Positions 1-10,302 of a DNA stretch of 64,000 nt are shown here, piece after piece. Made by a program: the position numbers and the translations under genes. The DNA lies in contig JBIJBE010000016.1 of the NCBI GenBank assembly GCA_044345405.1, forward strand, positions 1 to 64,000, given 5' to 3'. The notes beneath the pieces were generated by a model that ran no database searches, had not been told where the DNA came from, and saw nothing but the letters and a program-made list of their open reading frames with translations. The DNA comes from Bdellovibrionota bacterium. Its GTDB lineage: Bacteria > Bdellovibrionota_C > UBA2361 > OMII01. How positions within the stretch are numbered: the stretch's first letter is position 1; each line of letters starts with the position of its first letter.

Positions 1-770
1 AGGCCATACAAGAGAGCGTCGCCGGGCTTTTCGCTGCGCATGTGGGAGTTGAGGGACGACTCGTCAAACCTGAGCGAAGTCTTGTCGATCGCCTCTTTGG
101 AGTCTCACGGCGTCGGTCAGAGAAAGCTTTTGTGGCGGCGTTTGGAGATGATCCCGCGTTAAGAGAGTCGGTCCAGTATGTGGCCAGGTGTTTTGATCTT
201 GAAGTTGTCACGCCAGAGGAGACGTGCAAGTCAAACATAGAGTGGCTTCGCAGTGCCGCTATGAAACAATTAAGTTGGGTGCATAATTGGAGCGATTATG
301 CGCAGGAGTGGGACCGTTCGGTTGAGCACAATCCGTGGATCGTGGAGGGGAAGCGACTCGGTTTGGGGATAGCGGAGCTGCCTCTCGCGGCTGAGAGGGT
401 GATGACAATCGGTGATGATTGGGTCGTTCGGCGCATAGTCGAGTTTGAAGGTAAAGAATTAGAGATCTTCCTCACTTCGGAGATTGGACGATCTCCAGAG
501 GAGCAGGTGGCCCACGCCAAAGAGCTAGGATACCGAATTGCGACTCGCAAAGAGCATCGTGCGTTCATACAGGGGCTTTTAGATGCACGAAAGGTTGGCG
601 CCCTGAGCGAAGCGGAGGCGGCTGCTCTGGGGACTTATGAAGATTGTCGAGTGGGTGACGATCAGGGTGCACTTGTTGTTTGGCTCGGCGGTGTGAGAAC
701 CGATGACGACTTCTTGCAAGAGCGAACACGCCTCGCATTGTATGTGCGTGAACTTGGACAAAGTAAATAG
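1..770 (+). CDS. hypothetical protein, probably 5'-truncated by the window edge
   Basis: The frame of ORF 42..770 is open back to position 3. No family recognised. Confidence 0.6.
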   Translation, partial: AIQESVAGLFAAHVGVEGRLVKPERSLVDRLFGVSRRRSEKAFVAAFGDDPALRESVQYVARCFDLEVVTPEETCKSNIEWLRSAAMKQLSWVHNWSDYAQEWDRSVEHNPWIVEGKRLGLGIAELPLAAERVMTIGDDWVVRRIVEFEGKELEIFLTSEIGRSPEEQVAHAKELGYRIATRKEHRAFIQGLLDARKVGALSEAEAAALGTYEDCRVGDDQGALVVWLGGVRTDDDFLQERTRLALYVRELGQSK

Positions 771-894
771 ATTAACCTTTCATCATCATTTTCGTGAGCC
801 GTTTGGTCAGGAGTCGGGCCCTATAAATTAAAGGTTGAGACGAGCGAAACTAGCACACCAACATAGCGAGGGTACCGCAGCGACTGACACGACG

Positions 895-1596
895 TTACGG
901 CTGCTGTGAGAGCTTTGTGGAAAGGTCCGCTTGAATATCGGTCCCGGTCGCGGCAGCGATGACGCTCGCGAGGGAGCGGTAGGCTGGTATAAAGTCAAAA
1001 GGGTTAGACTCGGCCGGCTTCTTAAACTCGTGCGTCATCTTGAACGCGAGGGTGTCAGCGACGCAGTCGATCAGCAGAGTGGTTGTTACCTGTGGCGCGT
1101 ACCCGAGACTCGCGAACGAGAGAACGCTCTTAAAGCGCTCCAATCCGTACCGGAAAAAGCGAGGCTTAATCGGCGCGGCCATCCCCAAGAGATGGTTGGG
1201 AAGCCACGATGGTAAGCCGCCGGCACGCTCTATCTCTGTTCCGTGAACGATGTGATGGGTTCCCTCAAATCGATTGAAAGGCGAATAGCACACGACCTCA
1301 AAAGGTTCCCATTCAAAGTCGCTTCCTTTGGTATCGACCGCTACGACACCTCCGACACGAAAAACCTCATCGGTTCGTGGAGTTGCGATGCCTGGAAGGA
1401 GAGCCTCATGCGGGTCTCGCCCCTTAAGATCGAGGAGCTCCTTCGGGTCCTCGCCTTGATGGATCAGTGGTGTTACCTCACGAAGGCACCCGTCGATGAC
1501 GTCAGAGAGCGCGCCCTTTTTGAGTGTGATACTTCCCTCGAATTCGAGCTCACGGCCACCGAGGATCCAATTTTTCGATACATTCAAGGTGGACAT
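895..1596 (-). CDS. hypothetical protein (233 aa)
   Basis: Long ATG ORF with protein-like composition. A GCCGATTAA element lies just upstream. Confidence 0.65.
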   Translation of the reverse strand: MSTLNVSKNWILGGRELEFEGSITLKKGALSDVIDGCLREVTPLIHQGEDPKELLDLKGRDPHEALLPGIATPRTDEVFRVGGVVAVDTKGSDFEWEPFEVVCYSPFNRFEGTHHIVHGTEIERAGGLPSWLPNHLLGMAAPIKPRFFRYGLERFKSVLSFASLGYAPQVTTTLLIDCVADTLAFKMTHEFKKPAESNPFDFIPAYRSLASVIAAATGTDIQADLSTKLSQQP

Positions 1597-1605
1597 GTCA
1601 CGTAG

Positions 1606-1633
1606 ATTAATCGGCCCGCGTAAGTTCGCTACC
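1606..1633 (-). promoter_or_regulatory. possible sigma28-like promoter (GGTAG-N14-CCGATTAA)
   Basis: The -10 region resembles GCCGATAA; the -35 is weak. A similar motif precedes other orphan genes in the window. Confidence 0.3.
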
Positions 1634-1854
1634 GGGACCTATGACCCATATAGCTGAGAGAGAAGCTGAATCTCAGTTGTCATTATAAGTAAAAAGCTGC
1701 CTGGATCTAGGTTCATTCTAGCAAACCCGAAAAAAACTCAGGCACAGATTCGTTCGACCCGTGATAGGGAACACGCTTCAACGGCCCTGGACGATTCGCG
1801 CGACCCTTTTCGGTACGGCGCGACTTGCGTTCGAGTGGTGACAGTTGGAGGAGC

Positions 1855-3225
1855 ATGATTGAGCTTGGAATCATCGACCTAAGCGCGGATGGACGACGAC
1901 GCATCGCTTCTCTTATTGAAAAATGGACCTGGGTATCCCCTGACTCTCGAGTATCGACACCCCGCGTATCGCTATCACTTCTTTCGCCCGAGGAGATTCG
2001 TTTTAACGGCTCCTTGGATGTGTGCGTCATCGGGCCCGAATTAATCGGTTGTGACGCCGCTTTTATTCACACCATCCGACAACAAGTACCGGGCAAGCTT
2101 ATCCTCTGCGTTTTAACTCAGGAGATCTATTCCTTCGGTCTTATCGAGCAGCTTGGCCGACTCGGTGTTGATGATGTCTTACTCGATACCGCTACATCGG
2201 ATGAGTTTTTTAGACGCTTGGTTCTACTTCAAAGACGACTCGCCTATAAACAAAAGGGGCGACTACTTGTCGTCTCCTCCGCCCGGGGTGGAGTAGGGTG
2301 TACCTTTGTGGCCGCGGGTCTCGCGGAGGGCTATCTGAGCGCCGGCAAGCGGGTGTGTGTGGTGGATTGTGATGTGATCTCGCAGGACCTTACCAGATTC
2401 TTGCAGGTCAAGCCTCATGTCAGTGAATCGATGAGGCTGCTCCTTGACCAACAACGGGTTGTTACCTCTGAGACCGTCGGTGAGTGCTGCGCGCCCATCT
2501 GGAGTGACGAGCCAAATATCGTCTGCGTTCCCCCAGCAGCGGGCCAGGACGAGTCGATCTTCGCAACCCCTCGCGCAGCACGTTCGCTCGCCTCGATTCT
2601 GGAAGTTTTGCAAGCTCAGCATGATGTGATCGTGGTTGACGCCTCAACCCTACCCGCCCTGACCGCGAGCGCTTTGCTTCAGATCTGCGATGAGGCGGTG
2701 TTTGTCGCTAATCGAGACCCGGCTGGAGCCTTCGCTCATCGCCAAGCTCTCCTTCTCATCTCGGGATGCGTTCGACCAGACGCCCAGGTTTCTGTGGTTA
2801 TCAATGACAATAGCGTGGCAACGGCATCCTTATCGATGTTACGCGCTGAGGCGTTTGCAGTGCCCGGACGACCGATCCGTCAGGTTGTTCTTCCGCGGAC
2901 ACCTAAGGCGAGCCGTTGGCCGTGTAGCGGAGCTACGCCATATCAATTTCTCGGTCGATTTGTTGATCGCCTTATCGAGGGACATCTCGATAGCCAAGGC
3001 GCAACGCCACATGAACGGTTAGCTCCTCGAGATCGGTGGTTCACTACCCCGTTCACTTGGATAGGTTCGTTGGTATCGACGATTCGATCGGGAAAGAGGC
3101 GCGGCACGGCCGAAGAAACAGCAGCTTGCACTCGGTCGGACCGTCATGTGTTTCCCGCTCTGGGCTTCACGGACGATTCGATTCAGGAGGGCGAGCTTGT
3201 ATCGAAACCGGTACTACTCGCCTAG
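1855..3225 (+). CDS. cpaE: CpaE/TadZ-like pilus localisation protein (receiver-like + MinD/ParA-like domain)
   Basis: Deviant Walker A SARGGVGCT, VCVVDCD, DVIVVDA. RBS GGAGGAG precedes ATG 1855. First gene of the tad cluster. Confidence 0.8.
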   Translation: MIELGIIDLSADGRRRIASLIEKWTWVSPDSRVSTPRVSLSLLSPEEIRFNGSLDVCVIGPELIGCDAAFIHTIRQQVPGKLILCVLTQEIYSFGLIEQLGRLGVDDVLLDTATSDEFFRRLVLLQRRLAYKQKGRLLVVSSARGGVGCTFVAAGLAEGYLSAGKRVCVVDCDVISQDLTRFLQVKPHVSESMRLLLDQQRVVTSETVGECCAPIWSDEPNIVCVPPAAGQDESIFATPRAARSLASILEVLQAQHDVIVVDASTLPALTASALLQICDEAVFVANRDPAGAFAHRQALLLISGCVRPDAQVSVVINDNSVATASLSMLRAEAFAVPGRPIRQVVLPRTPKASRWPCSGATPYQFLGRFVDRLIEGHLDSQGATPHERLAPRDRWFTTPFTWIGSLVSTIRSGKRRGTAEETAACTRSDRHVFPALGFTDDSIQEGELVSKPVLLA

Positions 3226-3275
3226 GGAGTGCGACCGCGATGAACAAGGTGAAAACGTTAGATGGGGAGAAAGAG

Positions 3276-3458
3276 ATGAGAGAGAAGAAAAACAATCGTC
3301 AGAAGGGCTACACGCTTTTGGAATATTGCGCTGGAGCGGCGATCATCGTCACCGTTCTCTATACGGCCCTTAATGGGCTTGGAGATCAGCTCAGTTCGTT
3401 TTTAGGTAATATCGGAACCTGGGCTGTCAGCCACTCGCCTACCAATCAAACTAACTAA
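3276..3458 (+). CDS. flp: Flp family type IVb/IVc pilin
   Basis: Basic leader, then QKG|YTLLEY (Flp G/xxxxEY motif) and a hydrophobic helix. GGAGA RBS; 60 aa. Confidence 0.85.
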   Translation: MREKKNNRQKGYTLLEYCAGAAIIVTVLYTALNGLGDQLSSFLGNIGTWAVSHSPTNQTN

Positions 3459-3469
3459 GAGGAGCGCGC

Positions 3470-4369
3470 GTGGTCGCTCGAGTATCTACGCCGTCGGCGC
3501 GACGGCGTCTTCATACAAGCCGGGTTCTCGGAGTGCTTCTTATGGTGATTGGTTTCACCGGAAGCGCCTATGTAATGGGGCGGAGAGCCCCACCCGAGCC
3601 ACGGCTTGAGCGTTCGCGAGCCTTCGTTCCTGAATTCAACGTGGTAGAGGTTCCCGTGCCTGATCGACCTGTCGGCGCTGGAACCTCTATCCGCGATGTT
3701 CCTGTTAGGCTCGAAAAATTTCCGGAGCACCAACTTCCTCAAGGGGTCGTCCGAGACATCGGACGGGTCCGTGACTCAGTAACACTCGTCGCCCTCCCGG
3801 GAGGCTTGCCGATTCTCGACGTCAATTTGGGAGTGGAGACGGAGATGTCGAATCCTCTCGCTGGACGTATTCCCCCCGGGATGCGCGCAATGACGGTGCG
3901 AGTGGATATTACTTCGGCGGTCGAGGGGTGGGCGCGCAGCGGGTCGGTGGTCGATGTTCTCCTCGTTGAGAAGAACGGAACCAGGGTTGTGGCGGAGCGG
4001 GTAAAGATCCTATCGACGGAGCGGTCGCTCTCCTCGACGGTGAGTCTTGATTCCACGGCGGCGGTGCCCAATACGGTTACCCTCCTTGTGACCCAGGAGC
4101 AGTGCTTGGCTATTAATACCGCTGTGGCGGTCGGCAAGATCGCGTTCGCGTTGCGAGGTGGCGTTGATGGTGAGAGCTGGCGAGATGGAAATTTTGAGGC
4201 CGCCGAGCTCTCTGATCCTGAGGGTAGAAAGCGCAAACCAAAAGTCGAAGGGGTGGTATCGGTTGGAAACGGAGAGCGCAAGAGACAGTACGCGCTCGTC
4301 GAGGGGAAGTGGATTCCAGCTGAATCGATGCCTTCAGGATTCTTTGTTCATAAAGCGGCGCAAGAGTGA
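3470..4369 (+). CDS. cpaB: Flp pilus assembly protein CpaB/RcpC
   Basis: N-terminal TM, SAF-like region, IPPGMRAMTVRVD, GSVVDVLL, TVTLLVT, and ALR motif. Confidence 0.9.
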   Translation: MVARVSTPSARRRLHTSRVLGVLLMVIGFTGSAYVMGRRAPPEPRLERSRAFVPEFNVVEVPVPDRPVGAGTSIRDVPVRLEKFPEHQLPQGVVRDIGRVRDSVTLVALPGGLPILDVNLGVETEMSNPLAGRIPPGMRAMTVRVDITSAVEGWARSGSVVDVLLVEKNGTRVVAERVKILSTERSLSSTVSLDSTAAVPNTVTLLVTQEQCLAINTAVAVGKIAFALRGGVDGESWRDGNFEAAELSDPEGRKRKPKVEGVVSVGNGERKRQYALVEGKWIPAESMPSGFFVHKAAQE

Positions 4370-4377
4370 GGTTCTGA

Positions 4378-5706
4378 TTGAAGGAGACGCACATACATAG
4401 TCGGGGCGCTCAATCGCTTTCGCCGGTCCTTTCGCAAGTGCTCGACGAGGTGCGACGGACACTTAGTTGGCGCGCAAGCGAGTTGTGGGGCACTAATCGC
4501 TTAGCTGATCTCGGCGCGAGCGTTCAGGAGGCGGCCGCGCGATTAGGGGTCTCCCTCTCAAGTTTTGAGCGGGACGAGGTCCTCCTCCACCTTGAAAGCG
4601 ATAGTCAGAATTTCGGAATAATTCAACCGCTAATCGACGATCCATCGGTCTCGGATATCATCATCTCGGGTTTCTCAAAGGTTTCGGTGCAGCAAGGGCG
4701 GCGGAGCGTTCGCACCCAGACCCGATTCGCTGATCAGCGATCCTACGAGGCATTTGTTGAGAGATTGCTCCACAGAGCTGGCACTTCGTACTCCACGAAG
4801 CAACCGATCGCCGACGGTATGATTGGCGCTCTCGTGCGAGTGCATGCCGTTCACAAGTCGCTGTGCGATGAGGGGCCGTACGTTACCATCCGCGTCAATC
4901 GATTTACCTCTGTTGCGATGGAGGACCTTGCGAAGGTTGGCATGGCTCCTCGGCCAGTGCTTGAGTATCTGAGGGCTGTTATCGGAATCGGTAAGACCGT
5001 CCTCATCGTTGGCGAGGTTGGTACCGGCAAGACCACCCTCGCGCGAGCGTTAGCGGCGACGATACCTCACGATGAGTCGGTGCTCGTGATTGAGGACACG
5101 CCTGAGATACGCCTTGAGCACCCGCACGTTCGATACATCACAACGCGGGATGAGAATCTCGAGGGGGCGGGAAGGGTGTCTCCGGCGCAGTGTATTCGGG
5201 CTGGGATGAGAATGGCGATGAATCGGGTAATTTTTGGCGAGATTCGGGACGCCGAGGCCGCGGAAGCGTTTGTCGATGTGTGCGCCTCCGGGCATCCGGG
5301 GTTATCTACCTTACACGGTCGTAGCGCGATCGACGCCGTTACTCGACTTGAGCTCTTTCTCGCGCGAGCACAACGGGGATCTGATCGTTCCCTTCTCGGC
5401 GCGCAAGTGGTCACAGCGGTGCAGGTTGTGGTGGTCGTTGATGTTTGTAAGCTCACGGGGATGCGGCGTGTTATGGATGTCCGGGAGCTCGGACCGGTCG
5501 CTGATGGCGCCTTACGGCAACGAGAGATCTTCAGGTATCAAAACCAGGACGGAGCTCCTTCGTGGTTGGTAACGGGTCGGGTGAGCGCGTTTCGGGATCG
5601 CCTCGAACAGCCTCCATTTGAGTTCTTCTTCTCTAAACTCCCGGAGCGGCTCGAGCTCTCGGTGGACATTTCATACCGGGAGGCGGCGTTATCGCTGAGA
5701 CGTTAG
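4378..5706 (+). CDS. cpaF: CpaF/TadA pilus assembly ATPase
   Basis: Walker A GEVGTGKTT, Asp box VIEDTPE, Walker B VIFGEIRDAE, His box SGHPGLSTLH. Confidence 0.93.
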   Translation: MKETHIHSRGAQSLSPVLSQVLDEVRRTLSWRASELWGTNRLADLGASVQEAAARLGVSLSSFERDEVLLHLESDSQNFGIIQPLIDDPSVSDIIISGFSKVSVQQGRRSVRTQTRFADQRSYEAFVERLLHRAGTSYSTKQPIADGMIGALVRVHAVHKSLCDEGPYVTIRVNRFTSVAMEDLAKVGMAPRPVLEYLRAVIGIGKTVLIVGEVGTGKTTLARALAATIPHDESVLVIEDTPEIRLEHPHVRYITTRDENLEGAGRVSPAQCIRAGMRMAMNRVIFGEIRDAEAAEAFVDVCASGHPGLSTLHGRSAIDAVTRLELFLARAQRGSDRSLLGAQVVTAVQVVVVVDVCKLTGMRRVMDVRELGPVADGALRQREIFRYQNQDGAPSWLVTGRVSAFRDRLEQPPFEFFFSKLPERLELSVDISYREAALSLRR

Positions 5707-6549
5707 ATGGTGGGACGGATGCGTCGGGAGAGTGTGAGGGTGCTCAGGTCGTTGTTGGAATCGTATCAACGACCGGTCGGCGTCGAGTCGACGCGGTCCG
5801 ACCGAGCTGATGGTCTCCTCGGGGTCCTGTGCGCGCAAGCGGGGATACCGGCCGCGGTCCTTCGGAGGAACGGGATTTTCGCGGTCCTAGGCGCTGGTGT
5901 TGGTTTCAGCGTGGGTGGAGTGGCGGTAGGTGGTACGCTGATGGCGATCGGGATAGGCGGTATCGGTCTTCGTGTATGGCGACGAGCTCGATCGAACCGT
6001 CAGGCGATCGACCGCGATCTCCCCGCCCTTTTGACATCGGTCGCATCGTCTGTTCGCGCCGGAGTTGACCCGGTTTCAGCCCTGCTCTCCGCTCGAGACT
6101 ATTTTCAAAAGGAAACTCCGCTCGTTCGTGAGATTGAGGGGCTCCAGAGAGGCCTCGTGAGCGGCGGAGATGAAGAGGAATTGCTTGAGGCGTTTCTCGC
6201 TATCTACTCGAGCCAAGAGGTCGAGCTCTTCAAGCGGTGTCTCATACTCTCCCGTCGACACGGTAGCTCATTACGTGATCCCCTGCACCGAATTACGAGA
6301 GTGGTTCGGCAGCGACAATCGTTTAGACGAAAAGTTAGAGCGGCGCTCGCGATGCATCGAATGTCAGCCATTGGGATCGCCCTGTGCGCTGTGGCGATGG
6401 GAGCCCTCCAATTAGTGATGAACCCACACTCACTGGATATAGCGATACATCATCCAACTGGTAGGGTTTTGCTGCTGGGAGGGATTTGCCTGATCTCCTG
6501 CGGTCTTGTGTGGATGATGATTATGGGACGGGAGGCCACGACTCGATGA
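5707..6549 (+). CDS. tadB: TadB type II secretion system F family membrane protein
   Basis: DLPALLTSVASSVRAG motif, TM pattern, position after tadA. Confidence 0.85.
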   Translation: MVGRMRRESVRVLRSLLESYQRPVGVESTRSDRADGLLGVLCAQAGIPAAVLRRNGIFAVLGAGVGFSVGGVAVGGTLMAIGIGGIGLRVWRRARSNRQAIDRDLPALLTSVASSVRAGVDPVSALLSARDYFQKETPLVREIEGLQRGLVSGGDEEELLEAFLAIYSSQEVELFKRCLILSRRHGSSLRDPLHRITRVVRQRQSFRRKVRAALAMHRMSAIGIALCAVAMGALQLVMNPHSLDIAIHHPTGRVLLLGGICLISCGLVWMMIMGREATTR

Positions 6550-7355
6550 ACATAGTCGGTTCGTTGTTCCCTTTTGTTGGGGTGGGGTGCGCGGTAGTTG
6601 GTCTCTTTCTCTGGGTGAGGAGTTTGTGGCTAGGCGATGGTATGGCTCGAGCGCTTCTCTTTGAGGCGTCTGTCCAGGATGGTCGCGGCGCGCATGAGGA
6701 TGGCGCTCGGTCCGAGCACACGAATGCCCGCATGAGAGCGTGGATTGTTGGCGCGATGGTTGTTGGGACCCTCTCCCTCTTTTTGAGACATGGGACACTC
6801 GCTCTTTTCATCCTTTATGCCGCTCTCGGTGGGTTCGCCGGGGAGTTGATATATCGCGGGCGTCTTGAACGTGCGCGTAGGGAGCTGACTCGACGCTTGG
6901 AGTTTTATTTACCTGCAGCGATGGAGCGAGTCGTGATGGCGGTTGGCGCTGGGCTCGACATTATCCCTGCCCTTTCAGAGGCCGCGCGCAAGAGTGAGGA
7001 CCCGGTGTCGGACATCTTCCGCTCTATCGTCTCCCTTTCGGAGGGAGGACTTCGCGTAGAGCGCGCTATCGAGATGACGGCGGGTACCGTCCCGTCCTCT
7101 CCGGTTAAGCACGCCCTCGTGCATCTGGCGTTGGCCTACAAACAAGGAGGGGAGGTCGTTAGGCCTCTCAAAGAGCTGAGTGACGCTACGCAAACGCAGT
7201 ATCAAGAGAGCGTTGAGGAGGAGATCGCGAAACTACCCGTACGCGCGGTGCTTCCACTCATGCTTACCTTCACCGGTCTGATTGTCTGCTTTTTAACCGT
7301 ACCGGTCCTTCAAGTTGGCGCCTCGTTGGAGAAGTTTTCTCATGCCACGAAGTAA
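6546..7355 (+). CDS. tadC: TadC type II secretion system F family membrane protein
   Basis: LPAAMERVVMAVGAGL and EEEIAKLPVRAVLPL motifs. ATGA overlap with tadB. Confidence 0.85.
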   Translation: MNIVGSLFPFVGVGCAVVGLFLWVRSLWLGDGMARALLFEASVQDGRGAHEDGARSEHTNARMRAWIVGAMVVGTLSLFLRHGTLALFILYAALGGFAGELIYRGRLERARRELTRRLEFYLPAAMERVVMAVGAGLDIIPALSEAARKSEDPVSDIFRSIVSLSEGGLRVERAIEMTAGTVPSSPVKHALVHLALAYKQGGEVVRPLKELSDATQTQYQESVEEEIAKLPVRAVLPLMLTFTGLIVCFLTVPVLQVGASLEKFSHATK

Positions 7356-8367
7356 TCCGCCGGGTCATGAACGTGGCTCAGCCTCTTTACTGTTCGCGGT
7401 AGTGGTGGTGCCACTTCTGCTTCTCTTTATGTCGGTGGGAATCGAGGTCTCACAGTTTTTAGGGATGCGGGAGGAGGTGCTCGAGTACCTCGACGCGGAG
7501 ATGCTTGCGGCGCTTCGATCGCGCGACGGAAAGGAACAGATCGCCGAGAGGGTGCGCGGACGGCTGGATCGTCTTCGCCCGTATATGACCGTGGAGGAGG
7601 TTGGTGTCACCGTTCGTGGTCCATCCGTCGAGGGGCGTGTCCGCGGGAGATATCGTGGCCCACTCATCCAGGTAGCCTCTCATCTCGCGGGGCGTGCAGG
7701 TGAGGGAATTCCCCTTGAGGTTCTCTCGTTCGCTCGGCGCCCTCGCTCGGCGGCGCTTCTTGTTCTCGATCGCACGGTTCCGGAAGGAGCCGAGCCGTGT
7801 GGAGACTCTGGGCTCATAGGCCGGGCGTTGGTTATATCCAAGATCGCTGAACAGCTGACGGAGGCGGGGGTCGCCACCGTTCGGCTCGCTGTGCTTCCCG
7901 GTGTTGATGGAGCGGTCGACGTCCTAAAGGAGGGCGATAGGGTGCCCCGGTGTCCCGGGAACTCGCTCTCTCAGTTCGCGGTGCAACGGGTTGAAGGCAC
8001 GGCTCAAGACGCACTTCCTGATTCACTGACGGTAGCCCTCCAAACAGTCGAGGGCGCTCTAGCTCTCTCGTCCTCTGAGTCTCTAGAGCGCCGGACTGTC
8101 ATCATGGTGGGAACGCTTCCGGATCGAGCAAAAGATTTTATGACGACCGCGCTCTCTCTGCTTGAGAATGAAGCCTCTCGTCAGCGCCTTGTTATGGACG
8201 GAATTGGTATCGCGGTCGGAGGTAGTGATGAAGATGATCTGTTTACGTCGCGGAGCCCGAGTGGACGGAGTGTGTTGTTTCAGATCACGGACCGGGATCT
8301 TCAGGCATCGACGTTGATGACGGTGTTATCGCGCCACACGCAGGGACAGGGGGTGATTGCGAGGTAG
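7342..8367 (+). CDS. TadG-like pseudopilin with a degenerate vWA-like C-terminal domain
   Basis: ERG|SASLLFAVVVVP prepilin-like N-terminus and an ALLVLDRT vWA-like first strand. Confidence 0.65.
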   Translation: MPRSNPPGHERGSASLLFAVVVVPLLLLFMSVGIEVSQFLGMREEVLEYLDAEMLAALRSRDGKEQIAERVRGRLDRLRPYMTVEEVGVTVRGPSVEGRVRGRYRGPLIQVASHLAGRAGEGIPLEVLSFARRPRSAALLVLDRTVPEGAEPCGDSGLIGRALVISKIAEQLTEAGVATVRLAVLPGVDGAVDVLKEGDRVPRCPGNSLSQFAVQRVEGTAQDALPDSLTVALQTVEGALALSSSESLERRTVIMVGTLPDRAKDFMTTALSLLENEASRQRLVMDGIGIAVGGSDEDDLFTSRSPSGRSVLFQITDRDLQASTLMTVLSRHTQGQGVIAR

Positions 8368-8368
8368 T

Positions 8369-8980
8369 ATGGGTCGAATGAAGGAGAGAGAGCGTGGGAT
8401 GGGGATCTATGAGGCGGCGATCTGGGTCGTGGTGTTACTTCCCGTTGCTCTCATTGGAGCCTCTCTTGTGTCGATAGTGCACGACCTCAACCATATCTCG
8501 GGCGTCCCCGCCGCGGTGTTGCGAGAATCACCGGCGGCCGGCCTGAGGTGGTATCCAGATGGAGCCGGAGGCCACGTAGAGGCGGATTTGGAGGAGTTGC
8601 GTGTTCATGTTTCCAGCGTCTCGCGACGGGCGGTGGCCGAGGCCGAGAACGGTCTTTTTAAAGCGGATCTGGTATCGGCCAAGGCGTGTTTCTGGGTCTT
8701 TTCGGTAAATACAAGCAACGGAAACCTTGAATTCCCGATAAGCAGTGAGTGTGACGCCCGCGGGCCTTTGGGGAGCGACCTCTCGTTGGAGAGGGAGTTA
8801 GCGTATGAACGTGATCGGGCCCGGGGGATCTCGGTCGGAAAGAATGAAGGATTCGCGGATAAGGTGGTGCTAACGGGAGTGATCGTTGGTGCTGAGGCGC
8901 GGCATGTGCTCGATCGCCGGGTCGCGTACCACCTTTCCAAGGGTGCTATCGCGTTCGCGCGACAGGAGGTGGTGTTATGA
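8369..8980 (+). CDS. TadE-like pseudopilin
   Basis: ERG|MGIYEAAIWVVVLLP (G-xxxx-E pilin processing motif). Confidence 0.7.
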   Translation: MGRMKERERGMGIYEAAIWVVVLLPVALIGASLVSIVHDLNHISGVPAAVLRESPAAGLRWYPDGAGGHVEADLEELRVHVSSVSRRAVAEAENGLFKADLVSAKACFWVFSVNTSNGNLEFPISSECDARGPLGSDLSLERELAYERDRARGISVGKNEGFADKVVLTGVIVGAEARHVLDRRVAYHLSKGAIAFARQEVVL

Positions 8981-10302
8981 GGGACGTATCTACTAGCGCG
9001 CGAAGGCTTTTCAATCGGTTCAGGGGATTAAGGCGATCTAGTTCTCTGCCTTCCTTGGTGCGGGCGCTTGATGAGTTGGTGCCACGTAAGGTGATGCGAG
9101 AGGTCGTCGCGTCCTCTCATGATAGACGGCAGTGGGGAGTGCTCGCCGCGGCGTGGGTCGGGGTTAGTGAGCGGGAATTTTTCGAGGCCGCCGCCAAGGT
9201 GATGAAGGTCTCTCTCGAAGAACGAGTGCATCCGGTCGACCTGACGCCCTTCGGGGCGGGCGCCCGGACCTTGGCGAGCGAGCTGCGTCGAGTGGGAGCG
9301 ATTCCTGTTTTGAGCGATGGAGAGGTGGCGCACATCATCGCGGTGGATCCCGCCGAGGCGCGAGCTCTCTCCATATATAAACCTGGAATGGCGGTGTCAC
9401 TTGGCTCGTGGAGTGATATCGCGAGAGCTCTTGATGGGACGGAGCGAATCCTGACTGAATATGAGAGCAACCATGGCCTCCGAGAGGCAAAACGGCGACA
9501 GGAGATCTGTGGCAAGATTCTGAATATCATTATTCGCGAGGCGTCAGCGCACGGGGCGCATACCGTTGAGGTTGTGACCGTTGAGGGAAGGAGTCGGTAC
9601 CAATTCGTCACCTCTCACGGCAGGATGGCGACCGGCGCAATTCGGTCGGGGGTAGTCAACGATCTTCTCCAGCACCTGTGCTCCCTTGAATCCGGTATTC
9701 TCCGTTCCGACGAACATGGCGAGGTGATGCTTCGTTCCCTCGGAAGCGCGTCGAATTTTCGACTGTCATGGGGCGGAGCCGCCACGAGCGCGGCACGTCC
9801 CTTCCCCTCGCGTAGCGATGAGTCTGAGACCAGTCAATCCTCGCTCGCGTTGAGCGAGTCGACGCAACGGATCTCTGAAGCGTATCTCGCGGAGAATAGC
9901 GATCACGAACACCCTGTTTTGGTGGTCGATGATAATCCGATGTTCTGTAGAGTTTTAGAGCGTCTTCTTCGTCGAGAGAAGGTAAATCCATACTTCGCTG
10001 ATAACGGAGTTGTCGCACTTGAAAAATTGGAGGGAGGAGGGGGAGTCGTTCCTCGTGTAATCATCTGCGATGTGCATATGCCGGTGATGAATGGGCAGGA
10101 GCTCCTCGGCCGACTCAAGAGAGACCCCCGTTGGATGCATATTCCAGTAATTATGTTGACCTCAGATGAGGATGTCGATGCCGAGCTCCAATTGCTTGGA
10201 TGTGGAGCTGACGCGTTTGTCTCAAAGGCGAAAGATCCGCGTGTGCTCACCGCGCAGGTGCAACGACTCCTTAAACAAGCGACTCTCAGAGAGGCCGCAT
10301 AA
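8977..10302 (+). CDS. PilB/GspE N-terminal-like domains fused to a C-terminal receiver domain (no ATPase)
   Basis: IAVDP (T2SSE_N-like) and ILNIIIREASAHGAHTVEV (N2 domain-like). REC motifs VLVVDDN, ICDVHMP, MLTS, FVSK. Confidence 0.75.
   Translation: MRDVSTSARRLFNRFRGLRRSSSLPSLVRALDELVPRKVMREVVASSHDRRQWGVLAAAWVGVSEREFFEAAAKVMKVSLEERVHPVDLTPFGAGARTLASELRRVGAIPVLSDGEVAHIIAVDPAEARALSIYKPGMAVSLGSWSDIARALDGTERILTEYESNHGLREAKRRQEICGKILNIIIREASAHGAHTVEVVTVEGRSRYQFVTSHGRMATGAIRSGVVNDLLQHLCSLESGILRSDEHGEVMLRSLGSASNFRLSWGGAATSAARPFPSRSDESETSQSSLALSESTQRISEAYLAENSDHEHPVLVVDDNPMFCRVLERLLRREKVNPYFADNGVVALEKLEGGGGVVPRVIICDVHMPVMNGQELLGRLKRDPRWMHIPVIMLTSDEDVDAELQLLGCGADAFVSKAKDPRVLTAQVQRLLKQATLREAA

Noticed and set aside
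1700-1850. c-di-GMP riboswitch or sigma54 promoter before the tad operon
   Set aside because: GCAAACC is present but the rest of the GEMM motif is missing, and I found no GG-N10-GC pair in a sigma54 consensus context.
3036-3275. 140-aa version of the pilin ORF
   Set aside because: It overlaps cpaE. The RBS and Flp leader length support ATG 3276.
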